Below, in pieces: positions 8,648 through 18,997 of a DNA stretch of 64,000 nt. Positions within the stretch are counted from its first letter, which is position 1; each line of letters starts with the position of its first letter. Made by a program: the position numbers and the translations under genes. The notes beneath the pieces are model-generated. The model saw only the letters and a list, made by a program, of their open reading frames with translations, was not told the DNA's origin and did not search any database. Source of the DNA: Candidatus Kapaibacterium sp. (GTDB lineage Bacteria; Bacteroidota; Ignavibacteria; Kapaibacteriales; UBA4661); the NCBI GenBank assembly GCA_004292595.1, contig RDXM01000118.1:421-64420 (forward strand). The letters run 5' to 3'.

Positions 8648-10066
8648 ATGGAACGTGAAAAGCTGAATACTCACCAGAAAGCCTTACGTGTTAATCTCGA
8701 CCCGCGTTGGTACGGAACATTTGCCGAAATTGGTGCCGGGCAAGAAGTAGTGCGCTGGTTCTTCCGTGTTGGCGGTGCGGCGGGAACCATTTCCAAAAGT
8801 ATTTCTGCTTACGATATGACCGTGAGCGATGCTATCTACGGCGAGTGCGAGCGCTACGTTTCGCGTGCCCGCTTGGAAAGTATGTTGGAATACGAACACC
8901 GCCTGAACAGCGAGCGTTTGCAGGATTCTCGCGGCGACGACACCGCCTTTTTTGCCTTTGCCGATACCGTTTCCGCGCTTAATTTTCAAGGCACAAACGA
9001 TTGCCATGGCTGGATGGGTGTGCGCTACCAAGCTCGTCCGCGCGACGAGGACAGCCAAATTATCATGCACGTCCGTATGCTCGACCGTGAAAATGCTTTG
9101 CAGCAAGAAGCACTCGGCATTGTGGGCGTGAATCTGCTCTACGGCGCATTCTACCTGCATCAAGACCCCGAAGCATTGCTCGAATCCTTGCTGGACGGCT
9201 TGACGACTGACCGCGTGGAAATTGACATGATTGAATTTTCTGGCATCGAATTCCGCAATGTCGATAATCGCCTTATGAGTTTGCGCCTCGTGCAGCTTGG
9301 TCTGAGCGAAGCGGCGATGTTTGCGGCAAATGGCGAAGTTTTACAGCCGTCGGAAGTATTGTACAAAAAGCCTGTCTTGGTCGAGCGTGGCAGCTTCCGT
9401 CCCGTCTGCTTTGTGAATATCGATATGCTGGAAGCCGCATCGGAGAAGTTCGCGCAGGAAGAAGGCGTGAAAGGCAAGCAAATTACGCGCCTCATGGAAC
9501 TGACCATGCACAAGCTCATGGCGGACGATGGCGATGTGGACCCGCGCGATTTCTTGGCACGCGCCGATGTGCTTGCCGCCTCTGGCATGACCGTTCTTAT
9601 CTCGGAATATTTCGAGTATGAAGGGCTTGTAAATTACCTCTCGCGCTGCACCAAAGAGCGCATCGCTATTACGATGGGCGCGGGTAGCCTCATGGAAATT
9701 TTCGATACGAAATACTATAAAAAGCTCGACGGTGGTATTTTGGAATCCTTCGGACGGCTCTTCAAAAGCGATGTGAAGCTCTACATTTATCCGCTCCGCG
9801 ACCTGAAAACACAGGAGTTTTCGACCGTTGAAAACCTCAACATCGAACCGAGTTTAGAGCATCTCTACTCGCATTTGGTCAAGAATGGCTATATCGAACA
9901 GCTTGATAACTACAACGAGCAGTATCTGCATATTTTCTCCCGTGATATTTTGAAGAAAATCAAAAACCAAGACCCAACGTGGGAAGAAATGGTGCCGCCT
10001 GAAGTTGCGAAGGTGATTAAGCAGCGCGGCTTCTTTGGCTATAAGCGCAATGCAGTACGCTTGTAA
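8648..10066 (+). CDS. conserved protein with a C-terminal nucleotidyltransferase-like region (family often auto-annotated as TonB-dependent receptor or nicotinate-nucleotide adenylyltransferase)
   Basis: YGTFAEIGAGQEV, GGAAGT, ERGSFRP motifs; no signal peptide or beta-barrel pattern. Confidence 0.65.
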   Translation: MEREKLNTHQKALRVNLDPRWYGTFAEIGAGQEVVRWFFRVGGAAGTISKSISAYDMTVSDAIYGECERYVSRARLESMLEYEHRLNSERLQDSRGDDTAFFAFADTVSALNFQGTNDCHGWMGVRYQARPRDEDSQIIMHVRMLDRENALQQEALGIVGVNLLYGAFYLHQDPEALLESLLDGLTTDRVEIDMIEFSGIEFRNVDNRLMSLRLVQLGLSEAAMFAANGEVLQPSEVLYKKPVLVERGSFRPVCFVNIDMLEAASEKFAQEEGVKGKQITRLMELTMHKLMADDGDVDPRDFLARADVLAASGMTVLISEYFEYEGLVNYLSRCTKERIAITMGAGSLMEIFDTKYYKKLDGGILESFGRLFKSDVKLYIYPLRDLKTQEFSTVENLNIEPSLEHLYSHLVKNGYIEQLDNYNEQYLHIFSRDILKKIKNQDPTWEEMVPPEVAKVIKQRGFFGYKRNAVRL

Positions 10067-10105
10067 AAAAAAATCTCGAAATTGATGAGCAGATAAAAAT
10101 ATTTA

Positions 10106-10180
10106 GTGGCACAGACATTCTTGTCTGTGTTCTCGCCTAAAACCCGCACTAACACTCACAGACAAGAATGTCTGTGCCAC
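10106..10180. repeat. REPIN-like inverted doublet (family A)
   Basis: Same 24-bp arms as at 8461; homologous spacer. Confidence 0.9.
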
Positions 10181-10253
10181 TGAAGCCTAGTGCCATAATG
10201 AAAATTTGTGTGTGTGTTCCGTTTCAACCTTCATTTTTCCTTGATTTTATTCC

Positions 10254-12107
10254 ATGAAAACTATGCAAAAACGCTTCGTTACCTTGCCGCAGATGTTTGT
10301 TCAAGTAACAAACCATTACAGCGCAAGCAATACCGCGCCCGACAGGGGCGATAGCAGCAAATATGTGTATATGCGCAAAGTCGGCAAAGAATATGTCGGC
10401 ATGAATTACGATGAGTTCCGCACTCTCACCGAGAGCTTCGCGGCTGGGCTGGCGAAACTGGGCGTCAAGCGCGGCGACAAAGTAGGAATTGTTGCCGAGA
10501 ACCGCATAGAATGGGTGATTTCAGACTTTGCCACGCTCTGCATGGGCGCAGTGAATGTGCCGATTTTCCCAACAATGACTTCCGCGCAGGAATCGTACAT
10601 TTTCAATCATTGCGGCGCGAAAGTGATTATTGTCTCGAATAAATTTCAGTTGAATAAACTCCTGAAAGTGCGCAGTGAAATCTCGACGTTGGAGCATATT
10701 ATCGTGATGAACGACGACGTAGAAACCGATGCGCCTAACGTCATCAAGCTCACGGATGTCGTGAAAAATGGTGCTGCATCAATTGCCCGCGACGAGCGTA
10801 AAATCTGGTTTGAGCGCGAGGCAGCAGCTTCTTTGCCAGAAGATGTGGTAACGCTCATCTACACAAGCGGCACAACGGGCAATCCGAAAGGCGTAATGCT
10901 GACGAACACGAATCTTGTGAGCAACGTCGAAGGCGCGATGGATGCTATCAATCCAGGCGAAAAAGATATTTTCCTTTCCTTCTTGCCGCTCTGCCACGCC
11001 TACGAGCGCACTGCGGGCTACTACACGCTTTTTGCAAGCCATTCCACGATTGCATTCGCGGTCTCAATTGAGACCGTTGCCGACAACATGAAAGAAGTAC
11101 GTCCAACTTACATGACCGCCGTTCCGCGCCTTTTTGAGCGCATTCAGGGTCGTATTCTCACAATGGTAGAAAAAGACACGCCCGCAAAACAAAAAGTTTT
11201 TCATTGGGCATTCGACATCGGCAAACGCTACGTGCGCACAAAACTCGCGGGTAAGAATCCATCACCCTTTCTGGCGGGTCAGTACGCGCTTGCAGACAAG
11301 TTAGTATTTGGAAAAATTCGTGAGCGGACGGGTGGTCGCTTGAAGGCATTTATTTCTGGCGGAGCAGCCTTACCAAAGGAGTTGGCGGAGTTTTTCATGG
11401 CGGCAGGTTTACTTATTCAAGAAGGCTATGGTTTGACGGAATCATCGCCTGTTTTGACCGTTACACGTGCGTCTGCGCCTGGTATCGGCAATGTTGGTAA
11501 GCCCTTTTTCAATGTGCAGATTAAAATTGCGGAAGACGGCGAAATTTTGGCAAAAGGTCCGAACATTATGAAAGGCTACCTGCACGATGAAGAAGCCACC
11601 CGCGCCGTTATCAACGAAGAGGGCTGGCTGCACACAGGCGATATTGGCGTGATAAATGAGCGTGGAAACCTCGTCATTACTGACCGCAAGAAGAATATTT
11701 TTGTGTCGAGCGGCGGAAAAAATATTGCGCCACAGCCGATTGAAAATACCCTTACACCAAGCCGTTTTATTGACCAAATCGTGCTTATCGGCGACAAGCG
11801 CGAATATTGCACCGCGCTTATTGTGCCAGATTTTGAATACTTAAAAGAATTTGCTGCGATGAATGGTTTGTTATACCCTGATTTGCCGTCCTTGCTGCAA
11901 AGCGACGCACTTTTGAAGGCAATTCAGATAGAAATAGACGCATTACAAGTGAACTTTGCAAAGTTCGAGAAGGTACGCAAATTCACGCTTCTGGAGAAAG
12001 CCTTCACGGTGGAAGATGGTGAAATCACGCCGAAGCTCAATGTCCGCCGCCATGTGGTAGAGAAAAAGTATGCAGATAAAATTGAGAAAATGTACGCGGA
12101 AGCGTGA
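10254..12107 (+). CDS. long-chain fatty acid--CoA ligase (AMP-forming)
   Basis: IYTSGTTGNPKG, EGYGLTE, GWLHTGDIG, DRKK. Confidence 0.93.
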   Translation: MKTMQKRFVTLPQMFVQVTNHYSASNTAPDRGDSSKYVYMRKVGKEYVGMNYDEFRTLTESFAAGLAKLGVKRGDKVGIVAENRIEWVISDFATLCMGAVNVPIFPTMTSAQESYIFNHCGAKVIIVSNKFQLNKLLKVRSEISTLEHIIVMNDDVETDAPNVIKLTDVVKNGAASIARDERKIWFEREAAASLPEDVVTLIYTSGTTGNPKGVMLTNTNLVSNVEGAMDAINPGEKDIFLSFLPLCHAYERTAGYYTLFASHSTIAFAVSIETVADNMKEVRPTYMTAVPRLFERIQGRILTMVEKDTPAKQKVFHWAFDIGKRYVRTKLAGKNPSPFLAGQYALADKLVFGKIRERTGGRLKAFISGGAALPKELAEFFMAAGLLIQEGYGLTESSPVLTVTRASAPGIGNVGKPFFNVQIKIAEDGEILAKGPNIMKGYLHDEEATRAVINEEGWLHTGDIGVINERGNLVITDRKKNIFVSSGGKNIAPQPIENTLTPSRFIDQIVLIGDKREYCTALIVPDFEYLKEFAAMNGLLYPDLPSLLQSDALLKAIQIEIDALQVNFAKFEKVRKFTLLEKAFTVEDGEITPKLNVRRHVVEKKYADKIEKMYAEA

Positions 12108-12155
12108 TAGACAGTGATGCACGATTATCAAAAACAATAAGTATTTATCAGCTTT

Positions 12156-14033
12156 ATGGAAATTTTTGGCGCAAGTGAATTTGGTACAGCCCAGCGCAAA
12201 CGCATTCTTTACGGCATTATTGCCTTGATTGCGGCTGCCTACACAGGACGTTTGGTGCAGCTTCAAATCATCGAAGGCGATGAATACCGCTCTAAATCTG
12301 AGCTTCAGGCAATTAAACAAATCATCAAAGAACCCGTGCGCGGCGCAATGTACGACCGCACTGGTACGCGCATTGTGCGGAATACGCCATCGCTCTCGGT
12401 TACTATCACGCCCGCCGAGTTCGATATGCGGACGCTGCCGTTTCTCACAACAATTTTAGAGAGCGACGAAGAAGAAATCCGCACAAAAGTAGAACGCTAT
12501 CGCCGCATTGCTGGAACAACGCCCATTAAAGTCTATCGTGATGCCGACCCGCGTATTGTTGCAGCATTGGAGGAAAATCGGAATGAACTGCCGGGCGTGG
12601 CTGTTGTGGCGGAATCCAAGCGCGTGTACGATTTTAGTGGTAATTCGCCGCATCTCTTCGGCTACACGAAAGAAATTGCCGAAGCGCAGCTTGCGCAAAT
12701 GGGCGATTACTATCGCCCCGGCGATGCTATCGGACACTCGGGCATTGAAGCCAGCTACGAAAACTTCCTGCGCGGGCGCAAAGGCACGGAGTTCGTTGCG
12801 GTGAATGTGCTGGGGCAGCGTGTGGCGAGCTTCAACAACGGCAAAAGCGATATTAACGCAAATGACGGTTTCGACCTCAAACTCGGCATAGATATTCGCC
12901 TTCAGGATTACATTGATTCTCTGATTCAACGGCGCGGCGCGGCAGTAGCGATTGAACCCGCGACGGGCGAAATTCTCGCGCTCGTCAGCAAACCCGACTA
13001 CGACCTGCGTAAATTTAGCGGGCGCACGCCGAAAGCCATCTACGATTCTATCGCCAACGACCCCGAAACGCCGATGTTCAACCGCGCCACACAAACCGCA
13101 TATCCGCCGGGTTCGACATGGAAAATGCTCATGGCATTGGCGGGATTGCAGGAGGGAATTGTTACGGAAAATTCCACGTTTTTCTGCGCAGGTGTGTTCC
13201 GATATGGCAACAAATCGTTCAAGTGCCACGGTGGGACGCATGGAGCGATTAGTGTGCGTCGTGCTGTGCAGGTTTCGTGCAATTCATATTTTTATCAACT
13301 TGGCTTAAAGCTCGGTGTGAAACGCTTTGAGCAGTACGGAAAAATGTTTGGATTTGGCTCGCGCATGAGCAATGATGTGGTTGATGAAGGTGCGGGTATT
13401 CTCCCGACGGAGCAATACATGAACCGTCGCTTTGGAAAAAATGGCTGGGGGCAGGGTGTGTTGGTGAATTGGGGCATTGGGCAGGGCGAAGTTGGCGTTA
13501 CACCGCTTCAAATGGCAACCTACGCCGCCACGCTTGCCAATAAAGGCTTGTGGAATCAGCCGCACGTTGTTCGGTCGCTTGTTGATAGAGTCTCCAGCCA
13601 AGAGCAGCCGTTATCTGTCGCCTCGAAGCAAGTTCCTATCAAGGCAGAATATTTCGACCTCATCCACGATGGTATGGCTGCTGTGGTGCAGGGTGCTGGA
13701 ACAGCGACAAATGCTCGCATTGCAGGTATTACGGTCTGCGGTAAAACAGGCACAGCACAAAACACCCAAGAAAAAGACCACGCATGGTTTATTTGCTTCG
13801 CGCCTCGGGAAAAGCCTCAAATCGCCCTTTGTGTGATGATTGAAAATGCAGGCTTTGGTGGTAGTGTGGCTTCTCCGATTGCACAAAAAATTATGGAAAA
13901 GTTTTTTGCGTTGCAACGCCTTGACAAAGAAAAACAAGAGCAATCAGCGGGCAAAGGCAACGAGAAAAGCGCACCGCAACAAGATTCTACGCGCCCAAAA
14001 GCACAGGAAATTGCTCGGCGTAGCAACGACTAA
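12156..14033 (+). CDS. mrdA: penicillin-binding protein 2
   Basis: N-terminal membrane anchor; STWK (SxxK), SCN (SxN) and KTG motifs. Confidence 0.93.
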   Translation: MEIFGASEFGTAQRKRILYGIIALIAAAYTGRLVQLQIIEGDEYRSKSELQAIKQIIKEPVRGAMYDRTGTRIVRNTPSLSVTITPAEFDMRTLPFLTTILESDEEEIRTKVERYRRIAGTTPIKVYRDADPRIVAALEENRNELPGVAVVAESKRVYDFSGNSPHLFGYTKEIAEAQLAQMGDYYRPGDAIGHSGIEASYENFLRGRKGTEFVAVNVLGQRVASFNNGKSDINANDGFDLKLGIDIRLQDYIDSLIQRRGAAVAIEPATGEILALVSKPDYDLRKFSGRTPKAIYDSIANDPETPMFNRATQTAYPPGSTWKMLMALAGLQEGIVTENSTFFCAGVFRYGNKSFKCHGGTHGAISVRRAVQVSCNSYFYQLGLKLGVKRFEQYGKMFGFGSRMSNDVVDEGAGILPTEQYMNRRFGKNGWGQGVLVNWGIGQGEVGVTPLQMATYAATLANKGLWNQPHVVRSLVDRVSSQEQPLSVASKQVPIKAEYFDLIHDGMAAVVQGAGTATNARIAGITVCGKTGTAQNTQEKDHAWFICFAPREKPQIALCVMIENAGFGGSVASPIAQKIMEKFFALQRLDKEKQEQSAGKGNEKSAPQQDSTRPKAQEIARRSND

Positions 14034-14282
14034 TCACCAGTGCGCACGAACAAAGAGAAACAGACCGACTATGCACAGCGCAAAATATTGTCGTGCTAAT
14101 TCACGGAGCTTTTGTAAATTGGCAGCCGCATTTCTTTTATCCACGGCGGGCGTGTGTGCTTGGTAGATGTTTTAGCACGTGCGTTCGCTGTTTTTTATCC
14201 CTGTACTGCCGACGAATCCTCGCTAACGCAAAGACTCACTCAAGCAAAACGATACGAAGACGGGCAAAAAATTTCTTGTACC

Positions 14283-15173
14283 TCACGCTCCATGCGGACC
14301 GACACGCGGCAGAGGCGCACGGTCGCGCACGTAGAGGTTTGTCCATGCTCGCATATCGGCGTTACTTTCTTCGCGCCGTCCAGCCAGTACGTGGTCGGCA
14401 TTGTCGTAGATAATGAGTTTGTATGGATGAAGAGATTTTTGCAATCCCTCACCCAAACGATAGGCGTGGTCGGCTTCCACACGACGGTCGCCGCTTCCGT
14501 GCAGGACAAGAAGCGGTGTTGTTTTGCAGAGTTTTTCTGTAAAAAATGCCACCGAGCGCTGGCGCAATTCTTCTTCTGAAAAAGGTTTTGGTAAAAACTT
14601 CTCTGCTAAACTCAGAATGTACGCCTCTTTCGGCAAGCCTATAAAATATGTTGGCGCACCAAAGGTAATAGCCGCTTTGAAAATATTAGTGCGCGTAAGC
14701 ATCTGCAACGCCATCATGCCACCGCGCGAACCACCAATAATGCCAATGCGCTCGGTATCAACATATTCCAAACCTTGCAGCAGTGCCAGCGCGTTCAGCG
14801 CGTCATCCACATCGCCTGCGCCCCATTCTTCCGTGCCTTCCGAGCCGCCGCGCCCGCGATACTGGCTCGCTATCACCACATATCCCCAACTTGCATACAA
14901 GCCCACAGTTGCCGCCGCCGTCATGCTCGAAAGGGCGCCTTTTTCACCCGTCCCACCAGCATTAAAGACGAGTGCGGGCATTTTTGCTTCCGTTGCTTGT
15001 GGCAAGCCTAAGTACGCCTTAATGCGCAATCCCTCGCTCCAATACGTGAGTTCATGGAGTTGCACCGCAGAAAAGGACGTAAAATCTTCGCTCGTCATTG
15101 CGCGGCGCGACATGGAAAGAATGTTGTCGGGAATAGCAACGGGGCGAGAATCTATGAGTGTTCCGTTTATCAT
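14283..15173 (-). CDS. S9 / prolyl-oligopeptidase-like alpha/beta hydrolase
   Basis: GGSRGG nucleophile elbow, LHG..D.RV, DH catalytic His; start codon uncertain. Confidence 0.85.
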   Translation of the reverse strand: MINGTLIDSRPVAIPDNILSMSRRAMTSEDFTSFSAVQLHELTYWSEGLRIKAYLGLPQATEAKMPALVFNAGGTGEKGALSSMTAAATVGLYASWGYVVIASQYRGRGGSEGTEEWGAGDVDDALNALALLQGLEYVDTERIGIIGGSRGGMMALQMLTRTNIFKAAITFGAPTYFIGLPKEAYILSLAEKFLPKPFSEEELRQRSVAFFTEKLCKTTPLLVLHGSGDRRVEADHAYRLGEGLQKSLHPYKLIIYDNADHVLAGRREESNADMRAWTNLYVRDRAPLPRVGPHGA

Positions 15174-15267
15174 GCTGTGATTGTGAACATTGGTGGAGGT
15201 GTGGTGATAGCGAGGATTTTTGCAAACGATGTGGGTATTTTTCTTTTGGGTGATAGAATACACCAGT

Positions 15268-15296
15268 GTAGAGACAAGGCAGTACCTTGTCTCTAC
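15268..15296. repeat. single GTAG-type REP palindrome
   Basis: GTAGAGACAAGG-CAGTA-CCTTGTCTCTAC. Confidence 0.65.
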
Positions 15297-15351
15297 GTTT
15301 CAATCGCCAACAACATATGCAGTCTTATCGCCCAAAAGAGAAAAAAGTCAT

Positions 15352-16710
15352 TTACGCTTCGTCCTGCGGCGCGTAAATCACGTAGCCACGCGGCGGTGCC
15401 CAGAACTCCCCGCGCCCGCTTCCATCGGTTACTTTGTCTTTTGGCGGCGTACCGTCGGGAAGTGCCGTCCACGCGATTGGCTTGAAGGCGGTGTTGCGCC
15501 AGCGCGTCTGCACCCGTGCGCCGTTCCAGCCTTTATGCTCATTGCCAACGTCATTGCCGCTATTGAGCACGTAGATTAAGCCGTGCTGCTCGCTCCAGCC
15601 GTTGCGCTGCATGATATAGACGCTGTTGTCCAAATAAATCACTGAACTCATGCCGCCAGCGTAGTTTTTATGGACATTTACAAGTGCTTCAATGCCATTC
15701 GGTGTGCCTTCTTTCGCCAGTCCCCAGTTGAAATAATCTTGCCAGAACACGCAGGGATAGCCCTCGTGCGTCAAAATAAAGGAATACGCCAAGAGTTTAT
15801 CGCTTACAATCGGATGGTCGCGGACAATATCATGATTCTCCACAAACGTCACCGCGTCATTCGGGCGGCTTGTCAGCAATGTTCCTGGATGTGGCAAATT
15901 GCGCAAACTCCAGCCTGGAACGTCGCATAAATCCTTCAAGCGTCCGCGCAAAGGGAAGTCAAATGCCTGCACGGGATTGTCGCCCGTCGCGTTCACGCGG
16001 TTCAGCCAATCGTCAATCACCGCCTTGCTGTCCCAGCATTCGCCCACGCCGAAGGGCTTGTATGTCTCACCATTCCTTGTGTAGCGTAGTCCTTGAATGG
16101 CATCAATCAGCCACACGCCAAAACCTTTCACGAAGTCGTAGCGGAAGCCATCGAAGCCGATTTCCTCGACCAAATATTTCGCAAACTTCAAGAATTCACC
16201 ATAGACGTAGGGATTGTAATGGCACAAATCAGGCATTCCGCCAAAAGGGTCTTCATCGTGAGCGCGGAATGTGGATGGGTGAAATGCCTCCCAATTACGC
16301 GGAAACTTGCCGCTTTTCGGCGCGAATTTCGTCCACACTTTTTCGCCCGTTATTGGATTAACTTCCTGCTCATCCGCGCCGTTATTGTGATTCAGCACCA
16401 TATCGGCATACACCTGCATATCGTTTTCATGCGCCGTTTTGATGAGCGCGACGAGTTCATCTTTCGTGCCAAACCATGTTGGGATAGTGTCTTTCTGGTC
16501 GAATTCTCCCAAATCGTAGTAATCATACGGGTCGTAGCCCATCGACATTCCGCCGACGTTTCCAGCCTTGCTCACTGGCGGCAGCCAAAGCGCGGTAAAA
16601 CCTTGCTTGCGCAGCGCGGGAATATTTTCCTGCACAAATTTCCACCACGCAAATTCTTTCTTTTCTTCTTTGGGACAATCCCAGTAAAATGCTTGCATGA
16701 GTACGCCCAT
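15352..16710 (-). CDS. alpha-amylase (GH13)
   Basis: GYDPYDYYDLG, DMVLNH, DGFRYDFVKG, GECW, FVENHD. Confidence 0.93.
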   Translation of the reverse strand: MGVLMQAFYWDCPKEEKKEFAWWKFVQENIPALRKQGFTALWLPPVSKAGNVGGMSMGYDPYDYYDLGEFDQKDTIPTWFGTKDELVALIKTAHENDMQVYADMVLNHNNGADEQEVNPITGEKVWTKFAPKSGKFPRNWEAFHPSTFRAHDEDPFGGMPDLCHYNPYVYGEFLKFAKYLVEEIGFDGFRYDFVKGFGVWLIDAIQGLRYTRNGETYKPFGVGECWDSKAVIDDWLNRVNATGDNPVQAFDFPLRGRLKDLCDVPGWSLRNLPHPGTLLTSRPNDAVTFVENHDIVRDHPIVSDKLLAYSFILTHEGYPCVFWQDYFNWGLAKEGTPNGIEALVNVHKNYAGGMSSVIYLDNSVYIMQRNGWSEQHGLIYVLNSGNDVGNEHKGWNGARVQTRWRNTAFKPIAWTALPDGTPPKDKVTDGSGRGEFWAPPRGYVIYAPQDEA

Positions 16711-16727
16711 AACACACTCGCTCCTTG

Positions 16728-16766
16728 CTTGGTTACTTAGTTCTTGGTTACTTAGTTCTTGGTCAT
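16728..16766 (-). repeat. short tandem repeat (7+8-bp units) just upstream of the amylase start
   Basis: CTTGGTTACTTAGTT x2 plus a partial unit. Confidence 0.7.
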
Positions 16767-16804
16767 TTTGATTTTATATTGAGTCGAAAGTATAAAGAAC
16801 AATA

Positions 16805-16880
16805 GTGGCACAGACATTCCTGTCTGTGTTTGTCGCCTGAAACCCGCGCTAACACTCACAGACAGGAAGTCTCAAGCCAC
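16805..16880. repeat. REPIN-like doublet (family A), right arm degenerate
   Basis: Left arm intact; right arm CACAGACAGGAAGTCTCAAGCCAC. Confidence 0.8.
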
Positions 16881-16901
16881 TACTGAAACTCTACCCTCTC
16901 C

Positions 16902-18911
16902 TTAATTCTTCAGCGATTCCAGCAAAATTTCCGATACGTCCCGAACCTTGACATCATCTGCTCTGTCGGCAGATTTCACGCCGTCGGTCATCATCGTCAT
17001 ACAGAACGGGCAATTTACCGCAATCGTGTTCGCGCCTGTTTTCATCAGCTCTTCGGTGCGCTCTTCGTTCACGCGCTTGCCGTCATGTTCTTCCATGAAC
17101 ATTCGTCCGCCACCCGCGCCACAGCAGAAACCTTTGTCTTTGCTGCGCGGAGCTTCGAGGATATTTAAGCCCGGCACGTTCAAAAGTGTGTTGCGAGGCG
17201 CTTCGTATTCGTTGTTGTAGCGTCCTAAGTAGCACGAATCATGGTAAGCGACGGCTTCTTTCGAGACCGAACCATTTGCTTTTTTCACGTTCAATTTGCC
17301 CGAAGCCGTGAGGTCTTGGATAAATTGCGTGTGGTGAACAACTTCGTATTGCCCGCCAAATTGCGGATAATCATTTTTCAGCGTGTTCAAGCAGTGCGGA
17401 CAGGTTGTAACAATTTTTTTCACGTTGTAACCGTTCATCGTTTCGACGTTCATTTTCACGAGCGTATCTGCCAAATACTCGTTTCCAGCGCGGCGGGCCG
17501 TGTCGCCTGTGCAACGTTCTTCCGTGCCGAGAATGCTGAAATTTACGCCAGCAATTTGCATGAGTTCAGCAAAGGAGCGGGTTACACGCTTTGCACGCTC
17601 GTCGTAACTGCCTGCGCAGCCAACCCAGAACAGCACATCAAAATCTGCGTTTTCGGCAACGGTTTTTACGCCTGTGCCTTCTGCCCAATCCGCACGCTCG
17701 CTGGACGAGAACGCCCACGGCGTGTAGTTGTTTTCCATATTTCCGAAAGCGGGCTGCACTTCGGGCGGGAAGTTTGCTTCCATGAGAACGAGCGAGCGGC
17801 GCATTTCCACAATCGCTGGCACGTGTTCAATCATCACGGGGCATTCCTGCTGACACGCGCCGCAGGTGGTACATTGCCACAGTGCTTCAACAGGGATATA
17901 ATCGCCGATGAGCTTCTTGTCAATAATTGCTTGTTCGTCGGAGGTGAGTTCCTGTCCCGCTTTCTGCTTCAGCACGAGCGGAGCTTTGTCCATCGTGCGG
18001 TCGTGAATAGCGACGATAATTGCGCGTGGGTCGAGAATTTTTCCTGTTTGATTTGCTGGACACACGCTCGTACAGCGTCCGCAATGCGTACACGTGTAGC
18101 CGTCCATGAGCGTTTTCCACGTAAAATCTTCGATATCGGTCGCGCCAAATTTCTCAACGCCTTCTTCCTCGAAGTTGATAGGTTTTAAGCTGTTTGGATA
18201 GCCTAAATTGCCAAAGAACGTGTTTGGAAGCGAGGTAAGAACGTGCAAGTGCTTGGAATACGGCAAATAATTCATAAAGCCAAACACGAGCAACATATGG
18301 CTCCAGAAGAATACTTCAAAAATCGTATGCGCCGCCGAAACAGGAATGATGCCCGCGACAAGCGACGAGATAGGACGCACCGCCCACGAAAAATCTGCAA
18401 CCAAGGCAACACGCGCCGAGTTTTGAAGCAAAATAGAAGTAACAATGCTGAAAATGGTGAGCAAAATTACGCCCGCTTCAATTTTCTCGCCTTCCACCTG
18501 CAAACGCGCGAGTTTGGTGATGTAGCGTCGCCAAATTGCCGCCATTGAGAGTATCATAATCACAGCGCAAAATACGTCAATCAGCAAGGTCATTGCGGAG
18601 TAAATCGGACCCAGAAAATTCAGCGACCAACCGTCGTGCAAGCCTTCCAGAATGCCCTCTGCGGCGGAGGCGAGCAGCACCAAAAAGCCCCAGAAAATAC
18701 CAGCATGAATTGGTCCTGCGACTTTATCACGCAGAATTTTGCTTTGTCCAAATCCAACCTTCAGCAACAGTCCGATGCGCGCAGGGATATTATCCAAGCG
18801 GTCTTCGGGCTTGCCGAGCTGGAGATACGAAATAAGGCGACGCACGTTGAAGGCGATTCCGCCAAATGCCGCGCCTAAGACCAGTAAAAACACGATGTTC
18901 TTGATTCCCAT
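16902..18911 (-). CDS. membrane Fe-S oxidoreductase, FadF-like (4Fe-4S plus CCG domains)
   Basis: N-terminal TM helices; CTHCGRCTSVCP, CTTCGACQQECP, YHDSCYLGR, CCGAGGG. Confidence 0.9.
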   Translation of the reverse strand: MGIKNIVFLLVLGAAFGGIAFNVRRLISYLQLGKPEDRLDNIPARIGLLLKVGFGQSKILRDKVAGPIHAGIFWGFLVLLASAAEGILEGLHDGWSLNFLGPIYSAMTLLIDVFCAVIMILSMAAIWRRYITKLARLQVEGEKIEAGVILLTIFSIVTSILLQNSARVALVADFSWAVRPISSLVAGIIPVSAAHTIFEVFFWSHMLLVFGFMNYLPYSKHLHVLTSLPNTFFGNLGYPNSLKPINFEEEGVEKFGATDIEDFTWKTLMDGYTCTHCGRCTSVCPANQTGKILDPRAIIVAIHDRTMDKAPLVLKQKAGQELTSDEQAIIDKKLIGDYIPVEALWQCTTCGACQQECPVMIEHVPAIVEMRRSLVLMEANFPPEVQPAFGNMENNYTPWAFSSSERADWAEGTGVKTVAENADFDVLFWVGCAGSYDERAKRVTRSFAELMQIAGVNFSILGTEERCTGDTARRAGNEYLADTLVKMNVETMNGYNVKKIVTTCPHCLNTLKNDYPQFGGQYEVVHHTQFIQDLTASGKLNVKKANGSVSKEAVAYHDSCYLGRYNNEYEAPRNTLLNVPGLNILEAPRSKDKGFCCGAGGGRMFMEEHDGKRVNEERTEELMKTGANTIAVNCPFCMTMMTDGVKSADRADDVKVRDVSEILLESLKN

Positions 18912-18997
18912 ACCAACTCCTCTTTTGAGAATTGAAATTAAAAAAGTTTATGTTGTCGATGTTTTAGAATGACGTATTCTGCGCATTCTGCCTTTCC

